The notes: generated by a model not told the origin, from the letters alone. Numbered from the stretch's first letter, positions 24,887 to 37,476 are shown. The stretch is DNA of 64,000 bases from Macrostomum lignano (GCA_002269645.1 NIVC01000240.1:62001-126000), one strand, 5' to 3'. Program-made: numbers and translations.

Positions 24887-25082
24887 GGGCCGTATGCAGA
24901 AAGCTCTGTCTAGGGTAGTCCGGTCTTGAAAAGCTAGTCTGGACTTGGATTTGGTATGCAAAAACACAAAGTTAGACCGGTCTGTACTATAGACAGAACT
25001 AGGGTAGCTGGACCATAGACTATAGACTGAACTACCCAAGTCCGGACTAGCTAGTCTGGACTAGGCTTTCTGCATACGGCCC
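24887..25082. mobile_element. 196-bp MITE (Harbinger/Tourist-like) nested in the mariner 5' region
   Basis: Perfect 18-bp TIRs GGGCCGTATGCAGAAAGC / GCTTTCTGCATACGGCCC. 3-bp TSD AAT on both sides. Confidence 0.85.
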
Positions 25083-25232
25083 AATATCTCCAAAAGTACA
25101 TATCACAAAGCGTTGAAATTTTTTTACGAATTCGCAGACATTGGTTTTAACCATAGAGTATGACTTTTTTCCCTCGAATGTGTTATACTTGCGCGTGGCC
25201 AACGCAAGGTGGTGTTTTAGACTCTGCCAAAA

Positions 25233-26290
25233 ATGGAGCCAGTGCAACCAGACCAGTGGCGATTCTACGTTTTCATGCGCTCACGACTCGGAGAAAGCGC
25301 GGTCAAAATCCATGCAGACCTGGTCCAGGTAGTCGGGGACCAAGCCCCTTCCTACCGCACGGTCGCCAGGTGGATAGAGTCCATCAACGCCAGACGGGCC
25401 TCCTTGAACGACGACCCCGGTCTGGACGACCCAGCACAGCTGTGACCGAAGCCAACATCGCTGCTGTCAGGGCTCTGGTGGACGAGGATCCAAACATTAC
25501 CGTCGCTGTGATTAGCGAGACTGTCGGTATTTCCGATGGCAGTGCGCACACCATCCTGCACAGCCACCTGGGCCTCCGCAAGGTCACCGCCCGCTGGGTG
25601 CCCCACCTCCTGACAGAAGAGCAGAAGAGGGAGAGGGTGCGGTGCAGCCAGGAATTCCTGCGCAACTTCGGTCCAGGAGGCAGCCAGAGGCTTTCCGACG
25701 TCGTTACAGGTGATGAGAAAGGGTTTTTTTTTCAAGTGCCCCAGAAGATGCAGAACAAGGCCTGGGTGGGCTCTGGAGACGCGAGGCCGACTGTCCTGCG
25801 GTCCAGCTTTCGGTCCCGGAAGGAGATGTTCATCATCTTCATCAGCACATCTGGGCCCGTGGCCGTCATCATGGTGCCTAATGGACAGAATGTGAACGCC
25901 AGCTTCTACTCCGGTACGGTTCTGCCACAAGTCATGGCGTCACTTCACGCAACTCAGCCCTCACGGCTTCAAGCTGGGCGAGTTCACCTGCACCATGACA
26001 ATGCGTCCAGTCACACAGCGGCCCTGACGACCAACTTTCTGGCAGCCAACAACATCAAGACCATCCGCCACCCACCCTACAGTCCTGACTTGGCTCTCTG
26101 CGACTTCTGGGTGCTCGCCAAGCTGACTGAACGGCTGGCAGGACGGAATTTTCACCGATGCCAGGACCTGGCTAAGTGCATCAATTCAGAACTGAAGGCC
26201 ATACCTGCTTCTGAGTACCATGGCGCATTCGAAGCATGGATTCGGCGGCACCAAAAGTGCATTGAGAGAGGGGGAGACTACATTGAATGA
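25233..26290 (+). pseudogene. Mariner transposase with a frameshift near 25410
   Basis: ATG 25233 HTH segment (PSYRTVARW), then RSGRP, WVPHLL, TGDE, HHDNA, YSPDLALCDF in another frame. Confidence 0.9.
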
Positions 26291-26727
26291 TTGTAACATG
26301 TTCAGTTGTTTTTTGCAGTTACTGTTTTTTCATAGTTGACCAGTTGCCAAAACTTTTTGGCCAAAAAAACTAAAACTACTTTAGATTTACTCGAAAACTA
26401 AAACTATAGCAAACTACCGAAACCAAAAACTACTACGCAGTTATGCATTCTTCTAAAGTAGCTAGAAAGTAAAGAGTTATAAGTTTTTGTTTTAAGAGAG
26501 TTATAATTGCTGTCTTGCTTTTTCTCTATATAACGGAAGCCGAAAAATTGGTACCGGCACCGACCGTCTAGCCCACGTTGCCGTCGCCGCGGACAACGGC
26601 CGCAGCGCTGCCTGCTGTCGGCGTCTCGCCCGCGTTGCCGTCGCCGCGGACAACGGCCGCAGTAACTGATCGGCCTCCGCGTGACTTACCGTTTGACTTC
26701 GACTGGTCTTCGAGCTTGTAGCTCGAA

Positions 26728-26958
26728 TATATATGATATATATATAATAATAATATTATTATTATTAAATATTATTAATTTTATTAATAATACTATTAAT
26801 ATTATGAATAATATAATATTATGAATAATATTAATATTAATATTATAATATTAATTTTATTATTATACTATTATATATTATATAATAATATAATATATAT
26901 ATATATTATTATATTATTAATTATTATATATTTATTATAATATATATAATATATTATT
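26728..26958. repeat. Almost pure A/T low-complexity tract (ATT/AAT/TA)
   Basis: Directly visible. Confidence 0.9.
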
Positions 26959-27861
26959 TGTACACCGACAGAATTAGCGAGACAACAAGCGAGAGAATGA
27001 GCAAGTAACAGTAGCGAGAGAATGAGCGAGTAACAGTAGCGAGAGAATGAGCGAGTAACAGTAGCGAGAGAATTAGCGAGAGAATGAGCGAGTGAGTGAA
27101 GCGGCTAGCGAGTTGTCCACCGAGTCAAGCAGCGAGAGAGCTCTCACCGTGAAAACCACCGCGTATTTGACCGTGAGCCAGCGCGTTTTTTTGGTAGCGA
27201 GTCACAAAATTGGCAAAAACGCGCTACCGTGTAAAAAAAAGTTGATTTCATCGGTGGTTTTCCCGCTAAGTACTCGCTACTTCCAAGGATTCACTCGCTC
27301 TGACTTCTACACGGGTATATTATCTATATAATTTGTCGTGGCAATGGAGACAAAAGCATAATAAATCAGTTTTAACTGGCATGTGAATCATTGATTTTAT
27401 ATATTTTACCCTACTGCCAGTAATATCAAACATGTTCGTGTACTTTATGTTATTTATGCTATAAGAAAATTTGATCATACAGTTTGGTTGTCAGCAATAA
27501 GAAAAAATCAACAACTATCTGATGAAATCAGCGGTGCGTTCCGGTGTGCTATACGGTGAGAAGAGTAAATTGAAATATTCTAAGAAAAAACTAACAGAAT
27601 GATGAAAATCTACATTAATTTTGAGTAAAATTTAAATTTAGAATTCATTTATGCTTGATCAGGACGTTTCTTTAAGAAATGTCGGTTTGTTGAATTCGAA
27701 AGAGTTTTATTTCATATAATGCGCATCGTTTGCGACAATAGTTTTTCACACCATAAACTTTGGTGTGCTCTGTGCACTAGTGCTACATGCATATCGCTAT
27801 AAGGCTGAACCTCTAGACAGGGCGGTCAATATAGAAGTGAAGTTTTTATGGCAAGTAAAAT

Positions 27862-27952
27862 TCACTTGTACCGATTGATGAAGTCCTCGTGGAACTCCTT
27901 GAACGCCTGCATGACGATCTTCAGCTTCTCCACTGTCGGCAGGATTGTCATT
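27862..27952 (-). CDS. GPT: Alanine aminotransferase, coding exon 5 (last)
   Basis: ctacag|A ATG ACA ATC CTG completes HFRMTILP...FKEFHEDFINRYK*, the conserved ALT C-terminus. Confidence 0.9.
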
Positions 27953-28522
27953 CTGTAGGGGAGGGCATAAAGTGAAGCACTGGCTCTAAACTGATGTCAC
28001 AATTCTAATAATAGTACTAGCGAGCTACTCTAACAGATCTTCAGCGACACCGTCTCACAACCAGCGCTCCGTCCATTCGTCCATTCCACTGACTACTGAG
28101 CACAATACAAGCGCGCCAATACTGTACGCAGGCAAGCTCACACAGGGTGTACAGCGTTCCTGGATTTCTAATCGTCCGGCATGTACACTCCCTGTGCACT
28201 GGATGTTAGCCCTCGTGGGTTGTGAATCGTGGCCTAAAAATCCTTGATAATCTACTTATATATATATAAGGAATAGCCTACTAACGAGTAGTGAGAATAG
28301 AATATATATAGGCTTCTATTGGATTCAAGGGCGTAGATGATTGCCTAGGATGCTATAAAATTGTGATGCTGTTAGTAACCGGCAAGAGTAACTACGCATG
28401 GATACTGAAATTTTGCTTCATCTATACCTTAATATCAGCTCACTCTATCAATTTGCGAGATATTGATTAAAAGAAACTGCATATATAACCCAACACTGCA
28501 ATATGGAGTCCCCAACGCTTAC

Positions 28523-29049
28523 CTGAAATGGTAAGTTCCGGGCCGCTGTCCGAAACCGGAGCCGGGCACCACGCAGATGCCCTTCTCCTCTAGCAGAGCT
28601 GTACAATAGAACGCGTCAGGTTCCATGCCTTTGGCTTTGGCCTCATCAACGAGTTTCTCCGGCAGCTGCAGGCTGGGAAAGGCGTACATGGCGCCCTGCA
28701 CCGGATTGCACTGCATGCCGGGAATGCGATTAAAGGTTTCCGTTGCCATGCGCGCTTTGATTGCCAAATCACCGAGTACTTTGGCTTTCTCGCGCTCATG
28801 CGATTCGTAAGAGGGCTCGCCCGGCTTTGGCGGGTTAGCAATGACCGACATGAGGCCCTGGCCAATCACTGAGGGGCAGAGACGAGCCGACAGTTGCTTA
28901 TAAAGCATGGCCTGGACGTCTTTGTCAATATTGGCCAGTTCGCAGTAGCCGCCGCGGAAGCCGCACTCGCCCATGTAGCCTTTGCTGGCCGACATGAAGG
29001 ACGCGAGTTCGATCTCTTTGCCGTACTTTGGGCCCATGCTGTTGATTAC
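28523..29049 (-). CDS. GPT: Alanine aminotransferase, coding exon 4
   Basis: PLP-lysine motif SASKGYMGECGFRGG; VQGAMYAFP; GICVVPGSGFGQ. ctccag| acceptor and AG|GTAAGC donor. Confidence 0.95.
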
Positions 29050-29412
29050 CTGGAGTTCAAAAAAGAAGTTGATTATATAAAAAGCATTACCAACAAATTT
29101 TAGTGCAAAACAGACGCACAGATCTCTTGTGGCTACTAATAGTAGAAAGAGCGGGGCAATTTCGTTTCCTGGAAAAAAGAAGTGTAACAATTACTTACTG
29201 TCACATGACACACTCACACACACGAACAGACTACAATTCCGTAGCTTTTAATTGCTTCAAATCATACCTTGTTTCTTTTCTACCTGTTGTAATTATCGCG
29301 TCCGACTGCTTGTCCAATGTTTGATTGAAGTTTTTTCATCTAATAGATGATTGTTGATGGTGCGACATTCACCTTGGCCTAATTGGCTTGAGCTCAAACC
29401 GTTGGCTCTCAC

Positions 29413-29604
29413 CTGCTTGAAGCTGAAAAACTTGGCACCCTCAGCGTAAACATTGTGCTGATAGACTTCGTCGGCGAGAACAAACAGCGATTTCTCCTTG
29501 GCGAATTGCAACACCTCCTCGATGATCTCGCGGCGCAGCACCTGGCCAGTCGGGTTGCCGGGGTTGATCACCACCAGGCCGCGCGGACGGCAGCTGGGAG
29601 CGGC
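29413..29604 (-). CDS. GPT: Alanine aminotransferase, coding exon 3
   Basis: AAPSCRPRGLVVINPGNPTGQV...LADEVYQHNVY. The acceptor gatgaag|GCC is inferred from phase and alignment. Donor CAG|GTGAGA. Confidence 0.9.
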
Positions 29605-29657
29605 CTTCATCGGGGTGGCGAGTTTTCTACAGTATACGTTTCTGTATCTACCCAGTG

Positions 29658-30099
29658 CCTTGAGAGGGTGTCACCATATCTACCCTTGAGAGGGTGTCAC
29701 CATATCTACCCTTGAGAGGGTGTCACCATATCTACCCTTGAGAGGGTGTCACCATATCTACCCTTGAGAGGGTGTCACCATATCTACCCTTGAGAGGGTG
29801 TCACCATATCTACCCTTGAGAGGGTGTCACCATATCTACCCTTGAGAGGGTGTCACCATATCTACCCTTGAGAGGGTGTCACCATATCTACCCTTGAGAG
29901 GGTGTCACCATATCTACCCTTGAGAGGGTGTCACCATATCTACCCTTGAGAGGGTGTCACCATATCTACCCTTGAGAGGGTGTCACCATATCTACCCTTG
30001 AGAGGGTGTCACCATATCTACCCTTGAGAGGGTGTCACCATATCTACCCCTGAGAGGGTGTCACCATATCTACCCTTGAGAGGGTGTCACCATATCTAC
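29658..30099. repeat. 26-bp minisatellite (CCTTGAGAGGGTGTCACCATATCTAC), ~17 copies, ALT intron 2
   Basis: Directly visible. Followed by a degenerate 33-bp x4 repeat at ~30146-30285. Confidence 0.95.
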
Positions 30100-30386
30100 T
30101 CGGTGCCTTGAGAGAGTGGCGCCATCTCCACGTAACTTTTCAAAGGTGCACTGGTAGAGAGGGAGGCGCTATTTTCAGGTGCACAGGTAGAGACGGAAGC
30201 GCTATTTCCAGGTACACAGATAGAGACGGAGGCGCTATTTCCAGATGCACAGATAGAGACGGAGGCGCTATTTCCAGGTGCGCAGGTATGGCTCATGGAT
30301 AGTGGCTTTTTCTCTTTTAATCTTTCGGAGTCGGACACTGAGACAACAGCAGCAATGGGCCCAGTAAGAAGTATAAAAACGCTCAC

Positions 30387-30818
30387 CTCCTCGTAAGCTC
30401 GGCGCAGCTCTTTAATGCTCAGACTCCAGTTGTCAGCCTCATTCAGATAATACGGCACGGCGCGCAGATTGTACTGGCTAATAGTTGCCGTGTACAAAGG
30501 ATACTGCGGTATAGGGATCATAATCCCAACCTGGTCGCGACCTTCTTTACCTGTAGATAGGAGCTCTAGGATAGATTTGACAGCCTCGCTAGCACCCGTG
30601 GACAGAAAAATATCGTCACTATTGGCTGGCACCCCGCCATCGCGTGACTCAATGTACTTGGCGCAGTCCTCCCGGATGACGCTCACACCGCAGGCGTGGC
30701 TGTAGGCGCCAACACTTTGACCACCGCAGTCGTCAAGAATTCGAGCCGCTCGCTGTTTGGCGTCATCCGGGTACAGATTGGATTTGAATAGGCTCGAGTC
30801 AGCCAGCAGTGCGGTCAC
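30387..30818 (-). CDS. GPT: Alanine aminotransferase, coding exon 2
   Basis: GAYSHACGVSVIRE...IFLSTGASEAV...GIMIPIPQYPLY. Donor GAG|GTGAGC. Confidence 0.95.
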
Positions 30819-30917
30819 CTTGGCGATTGGGATAGATCACTCCGTTTAAGCTGGTAGTTTGTGAAACAGCTATGCAACTGTAGAGGGAGGACATTCGGGC
30901 ACTTATGACATTGAAGC

Positions 30918-31325
30918 GGGATTCTGTATGATTTACACTGTACAAGTGAGATTCTGTATGATGTACACTGTACAAGTGAGATTCTGTATGATGTACACTG
31001 TACAAGAGGGATTCTGTATGATGTACACTGCACAGGTGGGATTCTGTATGGTTTACAAGTGAAATTCTGTATGATTTACACTGTACAAGTGTGATTCTGT
31101 ATGATGTACACTGTACAAGAGGGATTCTGTATGATGTACACTGTACAAGTGGGATTCTGTATGATGTACACTGTACAAGTGGGATTCTGTATGATATACA
31201 CTGTACAAGTGTGATTCTGTATGATGTACACTGTACAAGTGGGATTCTGTATGGTTTACAAGTGAAATTCTGTATGATTTACACTGTAAAAGTGGGATCA
31301 GTATGGTGTACAAGTGGGATTCTGT
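30918..31325. repeat. ~30-bp minisatellite (GATTCTGTATGATGTACACTGTACAAGTGG), ~13 copies, ALT intron between coding exons 1 and 2
   Basis: Directly visible. Confidence 0.92.
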
Positions 31326-31430
31326 AAATTTTAAGAGTGGAATTCGGTGTTGCTCTATAAAACCTAGCAAGTAGAATGGCCAGCAATTTTAACAGGATTC
31401 TCAAAACTCATTAGCACACATTTAAAATAC

Positions 31431-31703
31431 CTGTCTCAAAAATGTGAGCGGCGGCTGTCCCATGGCATGACAGTCGCCAATATTGCACTTGATGACCTCA
31501 TTAAATGGCTTCTTTTGGCCCGATTTAAGCTCTTTCTCAATCTCGGCAGCTCTGGCTACAATTGGTCCACGAACAGCGTACTCAATATTCTTTACATTCG
31601 GGTTCATCGTGTCCAAACTGAGAACTTTAGTGCGCACTGACATGCTGGTGCCCATCAGCGATTTGCTGATTAGAATAGCGGAACGATTCCTTGCAGCGAG
31701 CAT
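31431..31703 (-). CDS. GPT: Alanine aminotransferase, coding exon 1
   Basis: [17 protein letters not shown]...[19 protein letters not shown]. ccgcag|ATG start, donor CAG|GTATTT. Spliced total ~504 aa. Confidence 0.92.
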
Positions 31704-34594
31704 CTGCGGTGTGGCCAGGCATAGTGGATATAGAAACTATACAGGATTATCAAAAAGCTCAGTTTTTCACAGAAACTTTGATGTGCATAATATTTTTAAT
31801 AGGAGTCACATCTCAATCTTGCAATTAGTATTCAAGATTGTATTTTATTTGTCTATCAAACCCCAATTTAGTCTTAATTTTAAAAAGTGCAGCAATAACA
31901 AATAATTTTTTTACTTCAAGAGCTCCACTTGCATTGAAAGTGAAAATATACACTTAGCCACTTAGGCCCCTACTGTCCAAATCCCAATGTGTATATAGTG
32001 TCAAAAATCCCTGTTACTTGAGTCCTTAACCTTAAGGACTTGAGAGTTCACTTTATAAAAGCTTTAAAATGGCATATTCATTCAATTCAAAAAATATTTT
32101 TATTTCTCTTGCTTTATCCCTACCCATCAAATCAATGGTTTTAATAGTATTTCAAGTTATTGAATAAACTAAATATGAAAACTTCATATAGGAAATATGT
32201 GCTCCTGTAACCACTATCTAGTATATCTATCTATTGTCTAAAAACCTCCTAACATATCTATAACTTCCTATCTTTGGGAGAAGCAAAATTTCTTAATCTT
32301 TTCAGATTCCTAGAATTATTTACCCTATTATATCCTATTATACACTAGTATATTTAACTCTGTTGTATTTTATTGTGATCATGCTAGAACCAATGTAATC
32401 CAATAATTCTAATATTCAATATATTGTTTTATAGTTTAACTTATTAATTCTAAATGTTTCCATATTGAAAAACAGATAACAATATAAATTTATAGACAAT
32501 TAATACATCTCTAAATCTCATGCATATTATATTTAGAGATTTCCCAAAAGTGAATTTTTGTCAAAATAAAAATTTTCTACTTTCTGAAATCTAAATTGAA
32601 ATTGAAATTTTCTAAAATTAAAATTCAGAAAAACAAAATACATGTAGCATAAACTACTATATTTTAGCCACTGGATAATTAGAGTTCCTTATCATTGCTA
32701 CTTTGAATTCAAATACTTTTTTGCCAAGAAAACTATAAAAATCTAGTTACACCCCCTGCTATTGGCATGGGTATACATTTACATATAATGTAGTCTAATA
32801 TATAAGAGTGGTAACTGTATGAAATGATAATTCCAACAATACTGCCAGGACTCAGCTAGCAAGAATCAAGTTATGAAAAAAATATGAATCATATGTATTA
32901 TGCAGTTTTATAGTATCATGCAAGCAAATGGACAACTATATGCAGAGGATAGACATGTACATTTAACCCCCATTGCATATTGTATTCTCTATGCATGGCA
33001 CCTTCTCTTGCTCTCTCACATCTTCTACATATAATATCACTCAATTTATATGAGGTTAATGTACATGTATTACTGATAACAAAAATCACAATTGTGTAAA
33101 CTACATATGTATATGTATCTTAAAAATATTGTAATGTGCACAAAAATACACAATATATCAGCAAAATGCTTTTGAGTTCTGCTATATTTATGAATATGTA
33201 CAGTTCTACAAACATGTTATAGACATATATAAAACAGTTTTAACAAATCTAGATCTACATTTAAAAAATGTAATAAAATCACTGATTTGAGACAGTAAAG
33301 AAGTTAAAAAATATTGAAGTTAGATAGATTTCTTTGGAACTTGACACTTGAAATTTGTGATTTTGCTTTTAATTTACTCTTATGTAAACAAATTGCTCCT
33401 AAAAATTCTAAAATTTGAAAAATTGAAATTGAAATTGAAATTTTGGAATATCTCTAATTATGTTGTTAGAAAATAATAAATCCTAAAAACCAAAACTATT
33501 CATTGACATTAGTCTAAGCCCTATTTAGGAATAAAACTAAAATACTAGTTTAGTTAACTAGCAATAAAGTTATATATAATGATTAGTAGACAAGCATGGT
33601 ATAAATTGTTACAATTTGAAATTTATCAAAACAAAAGCTAACATAATCAAACAAAATTTATTTTATTATCTTCAAATTAACTAGGCCTATTTAAAGGTCA
33701 GGGCCTAGACATTTTTAGAAACAAAGATACTTTAATTTGTCAAAATATTTTCTTAACAATAAAATAGAGAAATATAAACCATTTTAGAAATTATAAGAAA
33801 AAACACAATGAATGCCAATATAGAAAGAAGTTAATTTAACAGTTAAGATGATATAGATCAAATAAGAATCAAATATAAAAAGTAAAACTTTTATATTACA
33901 ATAAATGTTTGTATTATTAAGCTTTTATATTTATTTATTATATTTTACAATTTTTGATACTTATATTAATAAAGACCTGGATCTATTGCCATTGGCAAAA
34001 TGCTAGAAAAAACTTAAAATAGTTCAATTGAAGAGAAAGAAGTCAGGCTTTTTAATTCTAAACACAAATATATATCTAGCCCTACTTAGGCCTAACAACA
34101 ATGATACTAAAGCTTGCCTTATTTATTACATTACGAACTAAGGGTTCCTAAAAACAAAGGATTGAAAATAAAAAGACAGAAACAAATTAACAATCAACCA
34201 GTATTTGAAAGTATTGTCTGGAATAGGCCTTACTACTGATTACTGAAATAGGAAATAAGCTTGTAAGTAATAAGTTTATTATTATTTTGCTTTATAGGGA
34301 GGTCATAATAACACTTTGAATTTTTTTAATTTTCTTAGCGCCTAAAAAAGAAAATGCACTAATGATACATAGCAGTATTAGACTTTATGTATTTTATGTA
34401 AAAATTACGTAAAAGTACTTAGTTAAGTTTTCCTCGCTTTTCCAGAAAACTTCAGTGAAGAGTTATTTAGTGCATATTAAAAAATGCTATTAACTAACAG
34501 TTCAATTTTCGTCCAGTAATTCACAGTGTAACATTTTCTATAATTCAGTAGCACGCATACTTTGTTATACTGCAATTTAAGCTTCACAACTTAC
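31704..34594 (-). other. Probable 5'-UTR intron (or outron) of ALT; AT-rich and CpG-free
   Basis: Minus-strand donor TACG|GTAAGT at 34594 and acceptor CCGCAG| directly before the ATG at 31703. Confidence 0.55.
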
Positions 34595-35069
34595 CGTAAA
34601 GACCACAAAAGACGCTAGCCAGAAAAGTAAGTTATTATATAGCAAAATTATTTACTATATATTATATACATATACCGGTAATGTCCACGTAGGCTACCCT
34701 CCAGCGGAATGGGCGACGCTCGCCTCCCCGCTGCGTCTTCGGACCGCCCTGCAGCTAAGGCTCCCTCCGTGCCAATTTACCTAGAAAGATTCCCTTGTAA
34801 AAGATTAATGTTTAATTGCTTAAGTTTTATAGGCTCTAAAAGTGAATTGATTAACTACTTATGTTGGCATGCAGCGGCATCGCCATCGGGGGACTGGTGA
34901 AGGGGGCGCTTGACTGAACTTCATGGCCCGCTTGAAGCTGTCTACTAGGCGCTCCATTAAGTCGTTGCATGGTTTTAGGGTGGTAGTAGGGGCTGCTGCT
35001 AATGGGCTGGATTCCGTTGCTTTTGCATAAGTCAGCATGGAACTCCGCACTGGCGATCAGGCCGGCCCT

Positions 35070-35945
35070 GACTTACTTTACTTAGCTGCAGGGGGCGTCC
35101 GGCGGATGCAGCAAGGAGGCGGAGGAGACCGCCCATTCCGCTAGCCCCTGGCGACCAAAGACTTCCATCGAAGTGATGTCGCTCAGGGGGGACCCGTCGG
35201 TCTCGCCTGCAGCACAGTCCTCCTCACCCGCGGTGGGGAAGAATTCAGCTCGTCCCGTGTCCCTGAGGTACCGGGCGAGCAGCGGGATGCTCTCGGGCCT
35301 GCAAACGTCGGAGAGAACCGGGTTTGGCCCGAGGTGAGTGAGCCTGGCCCTGGTGAAAACCGGGCAGTGGCAGATAAAGTGCTCGGCGTTTTCACTGCCT
35401 GAGCGGCAGAAGGGGCACCGCTCCTCGGGTACTTGGCCCTGAAGGAAGTGGTGGCGAGAGAAGCAGCCATGCCCGGAGAGGGCCATGCTAACTGCTCTGA
35501 GGTCTCTGCGGTTGAGCCTGAGGAGGGCTCTACGCAGGAGAGGAGAGGGGCAGGTGACGGCCGCACGGGATTGCCTACAATTCCGGGTGTCGTGCCACCT
35601 GCGGAGATGCTCGGAGTCAGTCCAGCGCTTAACGCGGGAGTTGATCACCGAGGCGGGGATGGGGGCTCCCGGGCCCGGCCCCAGCAGCGCGCCGGCGGAG
35701 CCAGCCTTGGCCAGCAGGTCAGCGCGCTTGTTGCCGACGAAGCCGGCGTGGCCCGGGATCCATCTGAGCTCCACCTGGTTGCCTAGCGCAAGCCCGTTGA
35801 GCTGGGTGTTGCAGTCCAGGACGGACCTGGAGCTGGCGGTGCTGCGGCAGAGGGCCCGAAGGGCTGCTTGGCTGTCAGAGTGAAAAATAAATTTCCGACC
35901 GCTAAGCTGCCTTCGGCGCAGCTCTTCAGGCCGGCCCATTGTCAG
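35070..35945 (-). mobile_element. 5'-truncated non-LTR retrotransposon 3' end (RNase H + CCHC knuckle; I/R1/Loa-group-like)
   Basis: FHSDSQAALRAL...LRWIPGHAGFVGNKRADLLAK (RNase H). LSGHG...CPFC...ENAEHFICHCP (C-terminal Zn motif). Short TAAG/TAAAG tail at the stop. Confidence 0.85.
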
Positions 35946-35989
35946 ATACGATCTGGTAAGCCCCCACCTGGGAGAATAGCAACCGCTTC

Positions 35990-37300
35990 ACGACCTCAGC
36001 GCTTGTCAGGCTGCAGACTTGCTCTCCACATGTAGCCACTTGAAGTGGCGTCCACCACCAGAATTTTAGTTTTGGCCCTCAACGGAACCTGTGAAGTCCA
36101 TGTGAATCCACTCCCACGGTTGGTCTGGCCAGATCCAGGGGTGCAGCGGCGCCGTAGTCTCCGACCATCTGGCACTGCTGGCTGCAGGAGCCGGCTACCC
36201 GCTCGATGTGGCCAGGCCACCACACGAAGCTTTGTGCCACCGACTTCCTCCTGAAGATACCAGCATGATCTGCGTGCAGCTCTTGTAGAACGCTAGATCG
36301 CAGGGCCGCATGATGACGACCCGCGCACCCCACAGCAGGCAGCCATGCTCCAAACTGAGCTCATGTCGATGCATGGTACGGCTCTTGACATGCCGCGCCA
36401 GTCGTGCGGCCATCCGTCACACGCGTGTACTCCAGAACCTCCTAGGAGATCGGTGTCTCGTCGACTGGCTCTTGCAATGTATTTGGCCAGCAGCGGCTAA
36501 TCTTCGCTGCCCTGGCGCTCTTCCGTCCAGAACACCCCTTGCCCTTGGTCGCCAGGGGTAGCCGTGATAGGAAATCAGCGTTACTGTGCTGCTTGGTGTT
36601 CTTGTAGCGGATGTTGTAGTCGTATGCGGCCAGTGTGAACGCCCAATGGTTGCAGACTTGCTGCTGCTGTCGCTGAGACGCCGTTTTTCGGTCGGAAGAT
36701 GCTCGGCAGAGGCTGATGATCGGTGATAATCGTGATCTTCTGGCCCTATATGTGGTTGTGAAACTTCACGCCGAAGATGATCGCCATGCAGTGCCTTAAT
36801 CTCGATCTGACGTGATTTTTCGCAGCATTATTCAAGCTCCGTGATGCGAAAGCGATCGGCTTCTCGATGGTTCCGTCAGGCAACATGTGGGAGATGACGG
36901 CTCCAATGCCGATAGAGGAGGCGCCCGCGGCCAGTACCAGCGGCCAGACGGAGTTTTAGCAAGTCAGCACGGTGTCTGACGCAAGTGCCTCCAAGTGACT
37001 GCTGGCTCGCTGTCCACTCTCACGCAGTGTCCCTGCGAAGAAGCTTGTACAGCGGGGCCGCTTTCGTTGAAAAGTTGGCGACATGCATGGTGTAGTAGTT
37101 TCCCAGACCGAGGAAAGGCCGCAAATCAGACATGGCTGTCGGCTTCGGGCTGGCTCTGATGGCCCCAACCTTCTCGGGGCTTTTCCGGACCCCTCGCTGC
37201 TAATAAGCGAGTCCAGGTACTCCACCTCACTCTCAAAAAATCTGCAATTCTCTAGCTTGAATCGGAGTCCAGCTTTGCCCAAAAGGTTCAGAACAACCTG
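35990..37300 (-). mobile_element. Decayed Ty3/Gypsy pol fragment (RT end, RNase H, integrase N-terminus)
   Basis: GLRFKLENCRFFESEVEYL; GIGAVISHMLPDGTIEKPIAFASR; LQELHADHAG...FVWWPG spread over several frames. Confidence 0.8.
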
Positions 37301-37476
37301 AGCTCACTGCCTACTCGCAAAACTAGCTCTCGCAGGCGCTTAACTATCCGGTAGAAAAGGTAGACGAGGTTTTTCACTCCTTAATTTGGGAATTGGTTTT
37401 CTCTGTCGGGAGTGTTCAGAGCCATGCAGTTCTAGCGCTCTTTTCTCAGCCACCAAGGAGCAGCATTACTCACCTG

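Larger units (their letters stand above)
24850..26359 (+). mobile_element. Tc1/mariner (DD34D-type) transposon, defective
   Basis: TA|CGAGGGGCATTCAAAAAGTTTTGGCAACTG left TIR. The right TIR retains only the inner 19 bp (CAGTTGCCAAAACTTTTTG, 26341-26359). Transposase motifs inside. Confidence 0.9.
23645..27315. mobile_element. Foldback-like inverted-repeat structure (long modular TIRs with internal 25-bp tandem arrays) enclosing a mariner
   Basis: Left end CCCGTGTAAAAGTTAGAGCGAGT; right end reverse-complements to CCCGTGTAGAAGTCAGAGCGAGT. The 25-mer CTCGCTCATTCTCTCGCTACTGTTA is arrayed at ~23790-24500 and inverted at ~26975-27095. Confidence 0.55.
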
